Below are positions 48,968 to 59,160 of a stretch of 64,000 nt of DNA, one piece after another. Numbering within the stretch: position 1 is the stretch's first letter; every line of letters starts with the position of its first letter. Below the pieces are notes generated by a model that was given only the letters and a program-made list of their open reading frames with translations, was not told the DNA's origin and made no database searches. Source of the DNA: an uncultured delta proteobacterium (GTDB taxonomy: Bacteria > Myxococcota > B64-G9); NCBI GenBank assembly GCA_963754925.1, contig CAVWHX010000003.1, forward strand, positions 256,001 through 320,000, read 5' to 3'. The position numbers and the translations under genes are program-made.

Positions 48968-50794
48968 ATGTTCATGCAAACGTGGCTCTTACCCTTCTTA
49001 CTATTGGCGGCGGCTGCAATCATCGCATTTCCCCTGAGCCGCTACCTGGCATGGATTATGGATGGCAAATACCGGCCCCTTCCTGTCATGGGCTGGATCG
49101 AAAAGAAATTGGACAGCGGACCGCAGAACTGGAAGCAGTATATAGGTTCTCTTCTGATTCTCAACACCCTCCTATTTGTTTTCGGTTTTGCTGTCCTGAC
49201 GTTGCAGCAGTGGCTTCCGCTCAACCCGGACGGCAAGGTAATGCTGTCGCCGAGCACCATTTTTCACACGGTCGTGTCGTTTATGACCAATACGGACCTC
49301 CAGCATTACTCCGGTGAAACACACCTGTCGAATTTCAGCCAGATCTTTTTCGGCCTGTCCAACTTTTTCCTGTCGGCCTCATTCGGACTGTGCGCCCTCA
49401 CCGCTATCATTCGAGCCCTGCGCAGCGACTCAACGCTCGGCAACTTTTTCGTGGACATGTGGCGAGTGGTTATTTACCTGTTCATGCCCGTCGCCCTGGC
49501 CTTCAGCATTCTTTTTATTTCCCAGGGCAGCCCCATGACCCTGCAGAGCTCCTATCAGGTGGACACCCTGGAGCCCACGGCCATGGGGACCACGGACAAG
49601 GGCGAGGTCAAGCAGCAGAACATCGTGGTGGGGCCGGTCGCGGCATTTGAATCCATAAAAATGCTCGGCACCAACGGGGGCGGCTTTTACGGCATGAATT
49701 CCGCGCACCCCTTTGAAAATCCCACGGGCCTGGCCAATTTCTTCAATACCCTCGCCATGATGCTATTTCCCTTTGGGCTGGTGCTCATGTACGGCCGGAT
49801 GCTCGGCCGTAGAAAGCACAGTTTAGTCGTTTTCTCGGTAATGCTGTTCATGATGGCCGGCACGGTTTTATGGTCCGTTTATTTCGATACCCTGAAACCG
49901 AACCCGGCATTCACCAGCCATACCGCTCGGTCCTACGACGTCCCCAGCGCGAGCGCACCGGGCGGAAAACGTACGGTGGCCCTGCCGGCGGTGCCGGGCC
50001 TGCCCGTTGATCAGCACTTAGGAAACCTCGAAGGCAAGGAAATGCGCTTCGGCACCTCGGCCGGAGCCACCTACGCAGCGCTCACGACGGATGTGACGGC
50101 CGGCGCGGTGAACGCCGAGATGGATAGCCTCAACCCGATTGCGGCACTGTCGCCCATGGTAGGGATGTGGCTCAACTGCTTTTTCGGAGGAAAAGGCGTC
50201 GGCATGATCAATATGCTTCTCTATATTATTATAGGGATTTTCATAGCGGGAATGATGGTGGGCCGGACGCCCGAATACCTGGGTAAGAAGATCGGCGCCC
50301 CGGAAATCAAACTCGCGATTATCGCCCTGCTGATACATCCCCTCATGATTCTCATGCCCAGCGGTCTTTTTGCGGCGACGAGCTGGGGGCTGCAGGCGAT
50401 CAGCAATCCCGGAGCGCACGGGTTGTCGCAGATATTTTATCAGTTCTCGTCCGCCTCGGCCAACAACGGCTCCGCCTTTGACGGTCTGGGCGTGGTCTAC
50501 GGTTTTTACAACAACCCGACCCCGGCACCGACGGCAATCGCCTGGGACATCGCCGCGGGTATAGTCATCGTGATCAGCCGTTTTGTTCCGATCATCGCGC
50601 CCCTGGCTATGGCCGCGTTTCTCGGTTCGAGAAGATCGAGCCCCTTCGGCCTGGGGACGCTGCGCGACGACACCCTCACCTTCGGCATACTTCTCTCCGC
50701 GACGATTATCATCGTCGGGGCGTTGTTGTTCCTGCCGATCGCTGCGCTGGGGCCCCTGGCCGAACACCTCGGACCAATTCCCTTCGGAGGGTGA
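48968..50794 (+). CDS. kdpA: K+-transporting ATPase subunit A, copy 1
   Basis: TNTDLQ, TNGGG, TAGAV, NNGSAF filter motifs; GRTPEYLGKKI. Confidence 0.97.
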   Translation: MFMQTWLLPFLLLAAAAIIAFPLSRYLAWIMDGKYRPLPVMGWIEKKLDSGPQNWKQYIGSLLILNTLLFVFGFAVLTLQQWLPLNPDGKVMLSPSTIFHTVVSFMTNTDLQHYSGETHLSNFSQIFFGLSNFFLSASFGLCALTAIIRALRSDSTLGNFFVDMWRVVIYLFMPVALAFSILFISQGSPMTLQSSYQVDTLEPTAMGTTDKGEVKQQNIVVGPVAAFESIKMLGTNGGGFYGMNSAHPFENPTGLANFFNTLAMMLFPFGLVLMYGRMLGRRKHSLVVFSVMLFMMAGTVLWSVYFDTLKPNPAFTSHTARSYDVPSASAPGGKRTVALPAVPGLPVDQHLGNLEGKEMRFGTSAGATYAALTTDVTAGAVNAEMDSLNPIAALSPMVGMWLNCFFGGKGVGMINMLLYIIIGIFIAGMMVGRTPEYLGKKIGAPEIKLAIIALLIHPLMILMPSGLFAATSWGLQAISNPGAHGLSQIFYQFSSASANNGSAFDGLGVVYGFYNNPTPAPTAIAWDIAAGIVIVISRFVPIIAPLAMAAFLGSRRSSPFGLGTLRDDTLTFGILLSATIIIVGALLFLPIAALGPLAEHLGPIPFGG

Positions 50795-50811
50795 CGGAAA
50801 TGACCAGGCGA

Positions 50812-50828
50812 TTTTAATACTTTTTTTA
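50812..50828 (+). promoter_or_regulatory. KdpE-type binding box 2
   Basis: TTTTAATACTTTTTTTA in the duplicated upstream region. Confidence 0.75.
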
Positions 50829-50957
50829 TATGTTACGCCCCGATCTTAACCACATTCAAATTTAGGAATCATTATCTTATTCATCACTCACGAGAGGCGA
50901 CTCAGTGGCCGATAAGAAAAGATGAGTTAATTATTAAAAGAGTTAAAGGAGAAAAAA

Positions 50958-52784
50958 ATGTTCATGCAAACGTGGCTCTTACCCTTCTTACTATTGGCGG
51001 CGGCTGCAATCATCGCATTTCCCCTGAGCCGTTACCTGGCATGGATTATGGATGGGAAATACCGGCCGCTTCCCGTCATGGGCTGGATCGAAAAGAAATT
51101 GGACAGCGGACCGCAGAACTGGAAGCAGTATGCGGGTTCCCTACTGGTTTTCAACACCCTACTGTTTGTGCTCGGTTTTGCTGTCCTGGCGTTGCAGCAG
51201 TGGCTTCCGCTCAACCCGGACGGCAAGATCATGCTGTCGCCGAGCACTATTTTTCACAGCGTCGTGTCGTTCATGACCAATACGGACCTCCAACACTACT
51301 CAGGGGACCAGCACCTGTCGAATTTCAGTCAGATCTTCTTCGGCATTTCCAACCTTTTCCTATCGGCATCAATCGGACTGTGCGCCCTTACCGCGATCAT
51401 TCGGGCCTTGCGCAGCGACTCAACGCTTGGCAACTTTTTCCTGGATATGTGGCGAGTGGTTATTTATATGTTCGTGCCCGTCGCCCTGGCCTTCAGCATT
51501 CTTTTTATTTCCCAGGGCAGCCCTATGACCATGGAGACCTCCACTAAGGTAGCAACCCTTGAGCCCGCGGCCATGGGAACCACGGACAAGGGTGAGGTCA
51601 AGCAGCAGAACATCGTGGTGGGGCCGGTTGCGGCATTTGAATCCATAAAAATGCTCGGCACCAACGGGGGTGGGTTTTACGGCATGAATTCCTCGCACCC
51701 CTTTGAAAATCCCACGGGCCTGTCCAATTTCTTCAATACCCTCGCCATGATGCTATTTCCCTTTGGGCTCGTGCTCATGTACGGCCGGATGCTCGGCCGC
51801 AAAAAGCACGGCATCATCATTTTCTCGGTCATGCTGCTCATGATGGCAGGCACGGTATTATGGTCCGTCTATTTCGATACCCTAAAACCGAACCCGGCAT
51901 TCACCAGCCATACCGCCCGGTCCTACGACATCCCCAGCGCAGGCGCGACGGGCGGAAAACGCGTTGTGGCCCTACCGGCGGTGCCGGGCCTACCCGTTGA
52001 TCAGCACTTGGGAAACCTCGAAGGCAAGGAAATGCGCTTCGGCACCTCGGCCGGAGCCACCTTTGCGGCGCTCACGACGGACGTGACGTGCGGCGCGGTA
52101 AATGCCGAAGCGGACAGCCTCAACCCGATTGCGGCGCTGTCGCCCATGGTGGGGATGTGGCTCAACTGCATTTTCGGCGGTAAAGGCGTCGGCATGATAA
52201 ACATGCTGCTCTATATTATTTTTGCGATTTTCCTGGCGGGAATGATGGTGGGCCGGACCCCCGAATACCTGGGGAAGAAGATCGGCTCCCGGGAAATGAA
52301 ACTGGCGACTATCGCCATCCTGATACACCCCCTTATGATTCTCATGCCCGCCGGTCTTTTCGCGGCGACGAGTTGGGGACTTCAGGCGATTAGTAATCCC
52401 GGAGCGCACGGATTATCTCAGATAATCTATCAGTTCTCGTCCGCCTCGGCTAACAACGGTTCCGCCTTTGACGGCCTGGGCGTGGTCTACGGTTTTTACA
52501 ACAACCCGACCCCGGCGCCAACGGCAATCGCCTGGGACATCGCTGCGGGCATGGTCATGCTCATCAGCCGTTTTGTTCCAATCATCGCGCCCATCGCTAT
52601 GGCGGCATTTCTCGGTTCGAAAAGATCGAGCCCCTTCGGCCCGGGGACGCTGCGCGACGATACACTCACCTTCGGTGTCCTTGTCCTTGGGGCGGTCATC
52701 ATAATCGGGGCGCTGTTATTCCTGCCGGTCGCCGCTCTGGGACCCCTGGCCGAACACCTGGGACCCATGCCTTTCGGAGGGTGA
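50958..52784 (+). CDS. kdpA: K+-transporting ATPase subunit A, copy 2
   Basis: TNTDLQ, TNGGG, TCGAV, NNGSAF; 608-aa paralog of copy 1. Confidence 0.97.
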   Translation: MFMQTWLLPFLLLAAAAIIAFPLSRYLAWIMDGKYRPLPVMGWIEKKLDSGPQNWKQYAGSLLVFNTLLFVLGFAVLALQQWLPLNPDGKIMLSPSTIFHSVVSFMTNTDLQHYSGDQHLSNFSQIFFGISNLFLSASIGLCALTAIIRALRSDSTLGNFFLDMWRVVIYMFVPVALAFSILFISQGSPMTMETSTKVATLEPAAMGTTDKGEVKQQNIVVGPVAAFESIKMLGTNGGGFYGMNSSHPFENPTGLSNFFNTLAMMLFPFGLVLMYGRMLGRKKHGIIIFSVMLLMMAGTVLWSVYFDTLKPNPAFTSHTARSYDIPSAGATGGKRVVALPAVPGLPVDQHLGNLEGKEMRFGTSAGATFAALTTDVTCGAVNAEADSLNPIAALSPMVGMWLNCIFGGKGVGMINMLLYIIFAIFLAGMMVGRTPEYLGKKIGSREMKLATIAILIHPLMILMPAGLFAATSWGLQAISNPGAHGLSQIIYQFSSASANNGSAFDGLGVVYGFYNNPTPAPTAIAWDIAAGMVMLISRFVPIIAPIAMAAFLGSKRSSPFGPGTLRDDTLTFGVLVLGAVIIIGALLFLPVAALGPLAEHLGPMPFGG

Positions 52785-52839
52785 CGGGAATGTCCGAATA
52801 TTTCCTGAATGAAAAAATAATCATGCAAAGGAGTAAGAT

Positions 52840-55014
52840 ATGAATACATCAGCAGCCATTATTGAAGAAACCGAAAAAAAATCGCCCTTGGTGCCGGCAA
52901 AGCAGCCATCGCCGCGCAAGGTGAGCAAAATCAAACGAAAAGCCCTGTTTGAAAAGGAAACGATGCTGGCCGCCCTAAAACAGGCCTTAGTGATGTTGCG
53001 GCCGGACGTTCAATGGAAAAATCCCGTGATGTTCGTTGTTGAGGTAGGCGCTTTCCTGACCCTTCTGTATATCGTGCAATCGTTGCTAGGCGGGACCCAG
53101 AGTGAGGCGCCGATCACCTATTTTATCGCGGTCGACGCGTGGCTGTTTTTAACCGTGCTTTTTGCCAATTTCGCCACCTCCCTGGCCGAGGCCCGCGGCA
53201 AGGCGCAGGCGGAATCGCTCAGGCGTGCGCGCAAAGACACCGTGGCCTACCGTTTGAACAAAGATGAGAGCGTTGAACCAGTTCCCTCATCGTCATTAAA
53301 AATGGGGGACCTGGTCGTCGTGGAGGCGGGGCAGATGATTCCCGGCGACGGCGAGATCATCAAGGGCGTTGCCTCCGTTGACGAATCGGTAATTACGGGA
53401 GAGTCGGCGCCGGTTATCCGGGAAGCGGGAAGTGACCGTTCCGGCGTGACCGGTGGAACGACGGTGCTATCCGACCGCGTCGTTGTACAAATTACGAGCG
53501 GGGTCGGGGATTCCTTTCTTGACCGGATGATCGCCTTGGTGGAAGGAGCCATCCGTCAGCGAAGCCCCAACGAGATTGCGCTCACGTTGGTGCTCTCTGC
53601 ATTTTCTTTGATATTCCTGATCGTGGTGATTCCCCTCTGGCCTATGGCCTGGAACGCCGAGCAGTACATGATGGGCTACCTCGGCATCAAGGAGCCGCTG
53701 CGTAGCCTCGGCACCGACGTGCCAACCTTGATAGCTCTTATCGTATGTCTTATTCCGACCACGATCGGCGCGTTGCTTGCCGCCATCGGGATAGCGGGCA
53801 TGGACCGCGCCCTTCAGGCCAACATCATCGCCAAGAGCGGAAAATCCGTGGAACTGGCCGGTGACATCGACATCGTGCTGCTGGACAAGACCGGGACCAT
53901 TACGATGGGAAACCGGCACGCGACAACGTTCCTGCCGCTTCGGGGTTATTCAGAGCCCGACCTGGCGAAACTTGCCGCCATCGCTTCAGCCGCCGATCAG
54001 ACACCCGAGGGGAAGAGCATTGTGAGTCTATCAGAAAAGCGCATGCAAACCCCCTTGCGTATGGCCGAGGATAGTCAATTTATACCCTTTACGGCCCAGA
54101 CCCGCATGAGCGGCGTCGATCTGCCCGGCGGGCGCCGTATCCGGAAAGGGGCAGTCGATGCCGTGACCGCGTTTGTCGAACAAAACCACGGCGGCGTGCC
54201 TGATGAGCTCAGTGCGCTGGTCCGGGGCGTTGCGACTAAAGGGGCAACCCCCCTGGCCGTCGCCGATAACGACCGCATTGCCGGTCTTATCGTGCTCGAA
54301 GACATATTAAAACCAAATATGAAAGAGCGTTTTCATCGGCTTCGGAAGATGGGCCTGAGGACCGTCATGATCACCGGCGACAACCCCTTGACCGCTGCAA
54401 CCATTGCGTCGCAGGCCGGTGTGGACGATTACCTCGCCCAAGCGACGCCGGAGACGAAGCTCGCCTATATACGAAAGGAACATGAAGGCGGAAAGCTGGT
54501 CGCCATGATGGGTGACGGAACCAATGACGCGCCGGCCCTGGCCCAGGCGGATGTCGCCCTGGCCATGAACGCCGGCACGCAGGCGGCAAAAGAAGCCGCT
54601 AACATGGTGGATCTGGACAGCGACCCCACCAAGGTGATTGAAGTCGTGGAAATCGGAAAACAGCTCCTGATAACGAGGGGAGCCCTGACGACGTTCTCGA
54701 TCGCCAACGATGTGGCGAAATACTTCGCGATCATCCCGGCGCTATTCGCCGGCACGCTCCCGTGGCTCAAGGTGATGGACATCATGCATCTTTATTCGCC
54801 GACGTCGGCCATACTTTCCGCGGTCATATTCAACGCCCTTATTATCCCGGCGCTGATCCCCGTAGCGCTCAGGGGGGTGCGCTACCGCGCTCTGGGAGCC
54901 GATGCCCTCCTGAGGAGGAACCTGCTGGTCTGGGGGCTGGGTGGTGTGATCCTGCCCTTCATCGGCATCAAATTGATTGATCTTATCATGGTGGGTCTGC
55001 ATTTGGTCAGTTGA
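52840..55014 (+). CDS. kdpB: K+-transporting P-type ATPase subunit B
   Basis: TGES, IPTT, DKTGT, GDGTND, SIANDVAKY. Confidence 0.99.
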   Translation: MNTSAAIIEETEKKSPLVPAKQPSPRKVSKIKRKALFEKETMLAALKQALVMLRPDVQWKNPVMFVVEVGAFLTLLYIVQSLLGGTQSEAPITYFIAVDAWLFLTVLFANFATSLAEARGKAQAESLRRARKDTVAYRLNKDESVEPVPSSSLKMGDLVVVEAGQMIPGDGEIIKGVASVDESVITGESAPVIREAGSDRSGVTGGTTVLSDRVVVQITSGVGDSFLDRMIALVEGAIRQRSPNEIALTLVLSAFSLIFLIVVIPLWPMAWNAEQYMMGYLGIKEPLRSLGTDVPTLIALIVCLIPTTIGALLAAIGIAGMDRALQANIIAKSGKSVELAGDIDIVLLDKTGTITMGNRHATTFLPLRGYSEPDLAKLAAIASAADQTPEGKSIVSLSEKRMQTPLRMAEDSQFIPFTAQTRMSGVDLPGGRRIRKGAVDAVTAFVEQNHGGVPDELSALVRGVATKGATPLAVADNDRIAGLIVLEDILKPNMKERFHRLRKMGLRTVMITGDNPLTAATIASQAGVDDYLAQATPETKLAYIRKEHEGGKLVAMMGDGTNDAPALAQADVALAMNAGTQAAKEAANMVDLDSDPTKVIEVVEIGKQLLITRGALTTFSIANDVAKYFAIIPALFAGTLPWLKVMDIMHLYSPTSAILSAVIFNALIIPALIPVALRGVRYRALGADALLRRNLLVWGLGGVILPFIGIKLIDLIMVGLHLVS

Positions 55015-55029
55015 TCGAAAAGAAAATTA

Positions 55030-56064
55030 ATGGAGGTTCAATCATGTTCCGTTACTTTAAAGAAAAGCCTTCTCTTATTGTCGCTGCTCGTATTCATCTG
55101 CTGCGTCCTATACGTATTGGTGTTATGGGGAATCGGACAGACCTTTTTCCCCTTCCAGTCCAACGGAAGCATCGTTAGCGGACCCGATGGTAAGCCGGTA
55201 GGCTCGCTGCTCATTGGGCAGCCCTTCACCAAGGACGAATATTTTAGACCTCGTCCTTCGGCGGCGTCGTACGATGCGTCGGCCTCGGCATCATCGTCAC
55301 TGGCGGCCTCTAACTACGCGCTGCGTGATCGGGCGGCCCGGGCGCTCGGTCCGATCGCAACGTATGGAAGCGGTCCGAAAACCGGACAACTCGTGGCTCC
55401 GGATGTCGAAGCGTGGTTCCAAAAAGACGTCTTTCAGGGCAATCCTCATATAGTCGCCCAGTGGGCGGACCTGCACAACGGACTTGCCCAGGCTTGGGTA
55501 AAAGCGGACCCGGCTAATGCCGCATACGTTGACGCATGGACCGGGGAGCATCAGGCCTTGGTTGACCAATGGATCAAAGATAATCCGGATACCCAAAAAC
55601 CGCAGGCCGCGGACCTGGCCGTCTTGTTTTTTGAACATTTCTCCGATGATCATCCGGGAAAATTTCTTTCCAGCGTCGCGCACACGGGAGCTGACGGCAA
55701 GGCCACTACCTCGATTGAACCCGTCAGCGATGGCGCTGACATCCAGTCGGTTTTCTTCGACCTGTGGGTTCAGGATCACCCCAATGCCGGTTTTCAGGTT
55801 GTCCCGGCCGACATGGTCACCGCCTCGGCTTCCGGGCTCGATCCACATATCTCTGTTCAAAACGCAACGTTGCAGATCGATCGGGTAGCCTCGAAGTGGG
55901 CAGATAATCTGAAACGCGATCCCAACGAGGTTAGAAAGGAAATCCAGGGCATACTGAGCGAAAAGAAAACAGCTCCCTGGTTCGGGCTTGTGGGAGAACC
56001 GTTCGTCAACGTTCTTGAGGTCAATCTCGAACTTCGCAACCGGTACGGCGCTCCAAGCGACTGA
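55030..56064 (+). CDS. kdpC: K+-transporting ATPase subunit C, extended form
   Basis: GSLLIGQPF, RPSA, ASASGLDPHIS, VNVLEVNL; large central insertion. Confidence 0.92.
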   Translation: MEVQSCSVTLKKSLLLLSLLVFICCVLYVLVLWGIGQTFFPFQSNGSIVSGPDGKPVGSLLIGQPFTKDEYFRPRPSAASYDASASASSSLAASNYALRDRAARALGPIATYGSGPKTGQLVAPDVEAWFQKDVFQGNPHIVAQWADLHNGLAQAWVKADPANAAYVDAWTGEHQALVDQWIKDNPDTQKPQAADLAVLFFEHFSDDHPGKFLSSVAHTGADGKATTSIEPVSDGADIQSVFFDLWVQDHPNAGFQVVPADMVTASASGLDPHISVQNATLQIDRVASKWADNLKRDPNEVRKEIQGILSEKKTAPWFGLVGEPFVNVLEVNLELRNRYGAPSD

Positions 56065-56128
56065 GTATTGCTATGAGATCGATTGAAAGGTAACGCCGTT
56101 ATCAACATTCTAGAAGGAGGATACGACA

Positions 56129-56224
56129 ATGAATTTACTTTTTTGGGTGCCGGCAATGTTTTTCCTGGGGATTGGGTTAATGGGTTTGATGCTTTTGTTC
56201 ATTAAAGCGTGCGAAAAAATATAA
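56129..56224 (+). CDS. 31-aa membrane peptide associated with kdp
   Basis: AAGGAGG RBS; MNLLFWVPAMFFLGIGLMGLMLLFIKACEKI*. Confidence 0.8.
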   Translation: MNLLFWVPAMFFLGIGLMGLMLLFIKACEKI

Positions 56225-56238
56225 AGGAGGGAAAAGCC

Positions 56239-56322
56239 ATGATGATCTATCTTACGGGAGCCATAGCGGCTTTTCTATTGATTTATCTGACGATATCTCT
56301 CATTCGACCAGAATGGTTTTAA
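56239..56322 (+). CDS. kdpF: K+-transporting ATPase subunit F
   Basis: AAGGAGG RBS; MMIYLTGAIAAFLLIYLTISLIRPEWF* with YL...PExF signature. Confidence 0.9.
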   Translation: MMIYLTGAIAAFLLIYLTISLIRPEWF

Positions 56323-56333
56323 AGGGCTCTCAA

Positions 56334-57005
56334 TTACTCAATGAGTCGATAGCGAGCTTCTATGTCTTCTTTCCAAAATCCGTTAAAATGCCACCACTCA
56401 TCCAGCCGGGAAATGAATCCCGCTTCTCTCATAACCTGACGGAGGAGTTTTCGATTTTCGATTTGGAACGGTGAGAGCTTCCCTTCCCTAACAAACTTTG
56501 ATTCATACTGTGGTTGCGCCAAGTCGCCAAAAAAGTCGTAGGGTGTACCCATATCAAGAGGCTGACCGTCTGCGTCTACGATAGTCAGATCAACCGCGGC
56601 GCCGTAGTTATGGAGGGACCCCGATTTTGGCGGGGCGACGTACCGCTGTTGTTCCGTACCTTTCACCAGGTTCCACATGCGAACCTGTATCCGTCTCGGC
56701 CGGGCACAATCGTAGAGCAACAACGACCATCCGGCTTTGTGTCTGCGCAAAGCTTTTTGGGCGGCAATGAGCTTCTCCGCTACCGCTTTTTGCAGGTAGC
56801 AATGCTCTAAATCTCCATAGACGTCGGCGTGCAGAAAATTGTCGGTGGTGGCGTATTTCAGCTCAACCCGGATCTCCGGATCAAGGCTTTGGATATCGGT
56901 AAGCCCCTTGGCCTTCATCTCCTGATCAAGTCCGTCGACACGTGTTTCTTGAGATGCAGCAGTTCCAACCAGACACAGAAAGCTGATGACGATAGGTCGC
57001 ACCAA
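56334..57005 (-). CDS. M15-family D-Ala-D-Ala dipeptidase (VanX/DdpX-like) with signal peptide
   Basis: YATTDNF, SLHNYGAAVD, EWWHF. Confidence 0.92.
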   Translation of the reverse strand: MVRPIVISFLCLVGTAASQETRVDGLDQEMKAKGLTDIQSLDPEIRVELKYATTDNFLHADVYGDLEHCYLQKAVAEKLIAAQKALRRHKAGWSLLLYDCARPRRIQVRMWNLVKGTEQQRYVAPPKSGSLHNYGAAVDLTIVDADGQPLDMGTPYDFFGDLAQPQYESKFVREGKLSPFQIENRKLLRQVMREAGFISRLDEWWHFNGFWKEDIEARYRLIE

Positions 57006-57010
57006 TGCGG

Positions 57011-57445
57011 TTACTTTTCCTTCGGGCAGGGCCCAAGGTACTTCCCGGACATGGTGCTGGTCATCAGCATATCCGGTTTACCCTTGATTTTCATCGTCGT
57101 GTCGGAGGTGCCGTCAAACGAATCCCCTTTGTAGGTCATCGTACCGTTAACCACCGTGGTGCCTTTGTCGCTGTTACACTCAACGGTGTACGTCACCGTG
57201 TCGCCGGTCACTTTTTGGTCTTTTGTGGTGCACTCCTTTCCCTTTGGCTGCTTCCCTTGTTTTGGCACCATATTATCTTTAGTCATGCACTGCTTCATGG
57301 TGGTCGCGGGCATCGGCACCGGTATTCCTTTCATTTCAAGCTTGGTCGTGATTTCCCATTCTCCTTCTTTCATCTGCGCCAACGCGGCGCTCACCCATAC
57401 CAGTGAAACAACGATAGCCACCGCAACAGATATGTTTTTTAGCAT
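57011..57445 (-). CDS. Exported DUF3617-like protein
   Basis: Signal peptide, GEWEITT, conserved Cys, GKYLGPC. Confidence 0.8.
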   Translation of the reverse strand: MLKNISVAVAIVVSLVWVSAALAQMKEGEWEITTKLEMKGIPVPMPATTMKQCMTKDNMVPKQGKQPKGKECTTKDQKVTGDTVTYTVECNSDKGTTVVNGTMTYKGDSFDGTSDTTMKIKGKPDMLMTSTMSGKYLGPCPKEK

Positions 57446-57583
57446 GTGCGCCTCCCTTAAGGTAATTTATGACTAGCCATCCCTGTTAACAGTAGTTCCG
57501 TTTCAGGTCAAACAAAATATGATCCCGCCTGTCTTTATTCATAGGATACTGCCGGATGAAACAGTGATTATGGAAGCCTGGGA

Positions 57584-58330
57584 TTATTCGGTCTCGGCCT
57601 TTCCGAACGCGTTGTTGAAATCGTCGCTGAAACCGTAATGAGCGGTGAAGATATATTGTATGCCGCTCAAGTTTTGTAGTTTCTGCAACGATTTTTTTTC
57701 GGTTTCCGTATCCATGTTGAAAAGTTCATTGAACGGTCCAACTCGACCGTTTTTCAGACTGAGGGTATCGCCGGTGAACAGGTACGCATCGTCGATAACA
57801 TAGCACATCGAACCCAGCGTATGTCCCGGTGTAAGAATTCCCCGGACCTTTATAGAGCCAACCGTGATCTCCTGATCGTCTTTCATCAGTTCATAGGGAA
57901 CATCAAGTTTGTTTTTAAAGATCAACATGCGGTATTTCTTTCCGTTTATCATTTGTTCCTCGTCGCTGGATAGGTAAACCTTCGCATTTTTATACAATTG
58001 CAGCGAAGCCGTGTGATCCCTGTCCGTGTGGGTAAGAAATACGGCTTTGATATTTTCTGGATCGATATTGATTTTTTTCATCTCGGCCGCTATTGCCGCG
58101 GCGTTATTGCCCGCGTCAACCGCAATAAGGTCGTCCGCCTTTTGAATGACAAACATATTCACATTACCGTCCCGCACCGCGAAAATACCGTCGACAACCT
58201 GTTTGGTCGCAATCGGCGCCATGAAGGCCGTTTCCGCGGAGAGCTTGGATTTGATTAAGAGAAGACCTATCACTATCACGCCGACGAGAACAAAGATGGC
58301 CCCAATGATTATTTTCGTTCTTTTTTTCAT
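57584..58330 (-). CDS. MBL-fold metallo-hydrolase
   Basis: THTDRDH, PGHT, FTGD, AH; N-terminal anchor; start ATG 58330. Confidence 0.88.
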   Translation of the reverse strand: MKKRTKIIIGAIFVLVGVIVIGLLLIKSKLSAETAFMAPIATKQVVDGIFAVRDGNVNMFVIQKADDLIAVDAGNNAAAIAAEMKKINIDPENIKAVFLTHTDRDHTASLQLYKNAKVYLSSDEEQMINGKKYRMLIFKNKLDVPYELMKDDQEITVGSIKVRGILTPGHTLGSMCYVIDDAYLFTGDTLSLKNGRVGPFNELFNMDTETEKKSLQKLQNLSGIQYIFTAHYGFSDDFNNAFGKAETE

Positions 58331-58389
58331 AGCACTCGCTCCTCGGGTTTGTTCCTGGTCTACGGTCGGCTCGATCTGACTGCCCATGG

Positions 58390-59160
58390 TTACCACCGGC
58401 CATTCATACGTTGAAAGGATTGATCCAATTCCGCCCGTGAGGCTTTGATAAATCCTTCCGACATTCCATACCCTAGTTCGAATACATCCTTTTTCAAGCC
58501 GTTCATCACCGCGGCGACAAATACGTCGGGCGTTAAATTCGCCTTGAAATTTCCGTGGTTGGCTCTTCCCTCCGGGTTTAGCTCCGTATCCACCGCCGGC
58601 GGCACCACCTCAAAAACGTTGATCCCCTGCTTTTTGAGTTGATATCTGAGAGCCATGGAAAAAGCGTGCAGCGCGGCTTTGGTCGCACTATATACCGGCA
58701 TGCGGGCGGCAGGCACGAAACCCAATCCCGATGAGACATTGATGATGGCGGCTTGTTTCTTTCCTTTCAAAAGCGGAATGAACATACCGGACAGAACTAT
58801 CGGCGCTTCGAGGTTTATTTCGATTTCGCTTTCTCCGGCCAAATAGTTGGCAATGCCGTTGGTGAAATCAATGTCCCGTTGCACACCGGCATTGTTAACC
58901 AGAATGTTCAACGTGCTGAAGTTGGCGGTTATCCATTCGAGCAACGTTTTTCGATCCGCTTCTGCCGCAACATCACATACCTTAATGCGAAACTCCGGAT
59001 GCTTTTTTTGGGCCTCAAGGAGCCGCTCCTCTCGACGTCCGCAAATAATGACCTCGCTTCCCGCCCCCGAGAAAGATTCCGCCATCGCATACCCGATGCC
59101 CGTCGCCCCGCCGGTGATCAATACCGTATTTCCTGAAATCTCCACGTTAAACCTCCCCAA
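58390..59160 (-). CDS. SDR oxidoreductase (DltE-like; start uncertain)
   Basis: TGGATGIG, NNAG, YSATK. Confidence 0.93.
   Translation of the reverse strand: MGRFNVEISGNTVLITGGATGIGYAMAESFSGAGSEVIICGRREERLLEAQKKHPEFRIKVCDVAAEADRKTLLEWITANFSTLNILVNNAGVQRDIDFTNGIANYLAGESEIEINLEAPIVLSGMFIPLLKGKKQAAIINVSSGLGFVPAARMPVYSATKAALHAFSMALRYQLKKQGINVFEVVPPAVDTELNPEGRANHGNFKANLTPDVFVAAVMNGLKKDVFELGYGMSEGFIKASRAELDQSFQRMNGRW

Noticed and set aside
56334..57005. Vancomycin-resistance locus (VanX-like gene plus ddl)
   Set aside because: No vanH/vanA/vanRS nearby; ddl is the housekeeping dcw copy with the Tyr-type loop (YRAKY)
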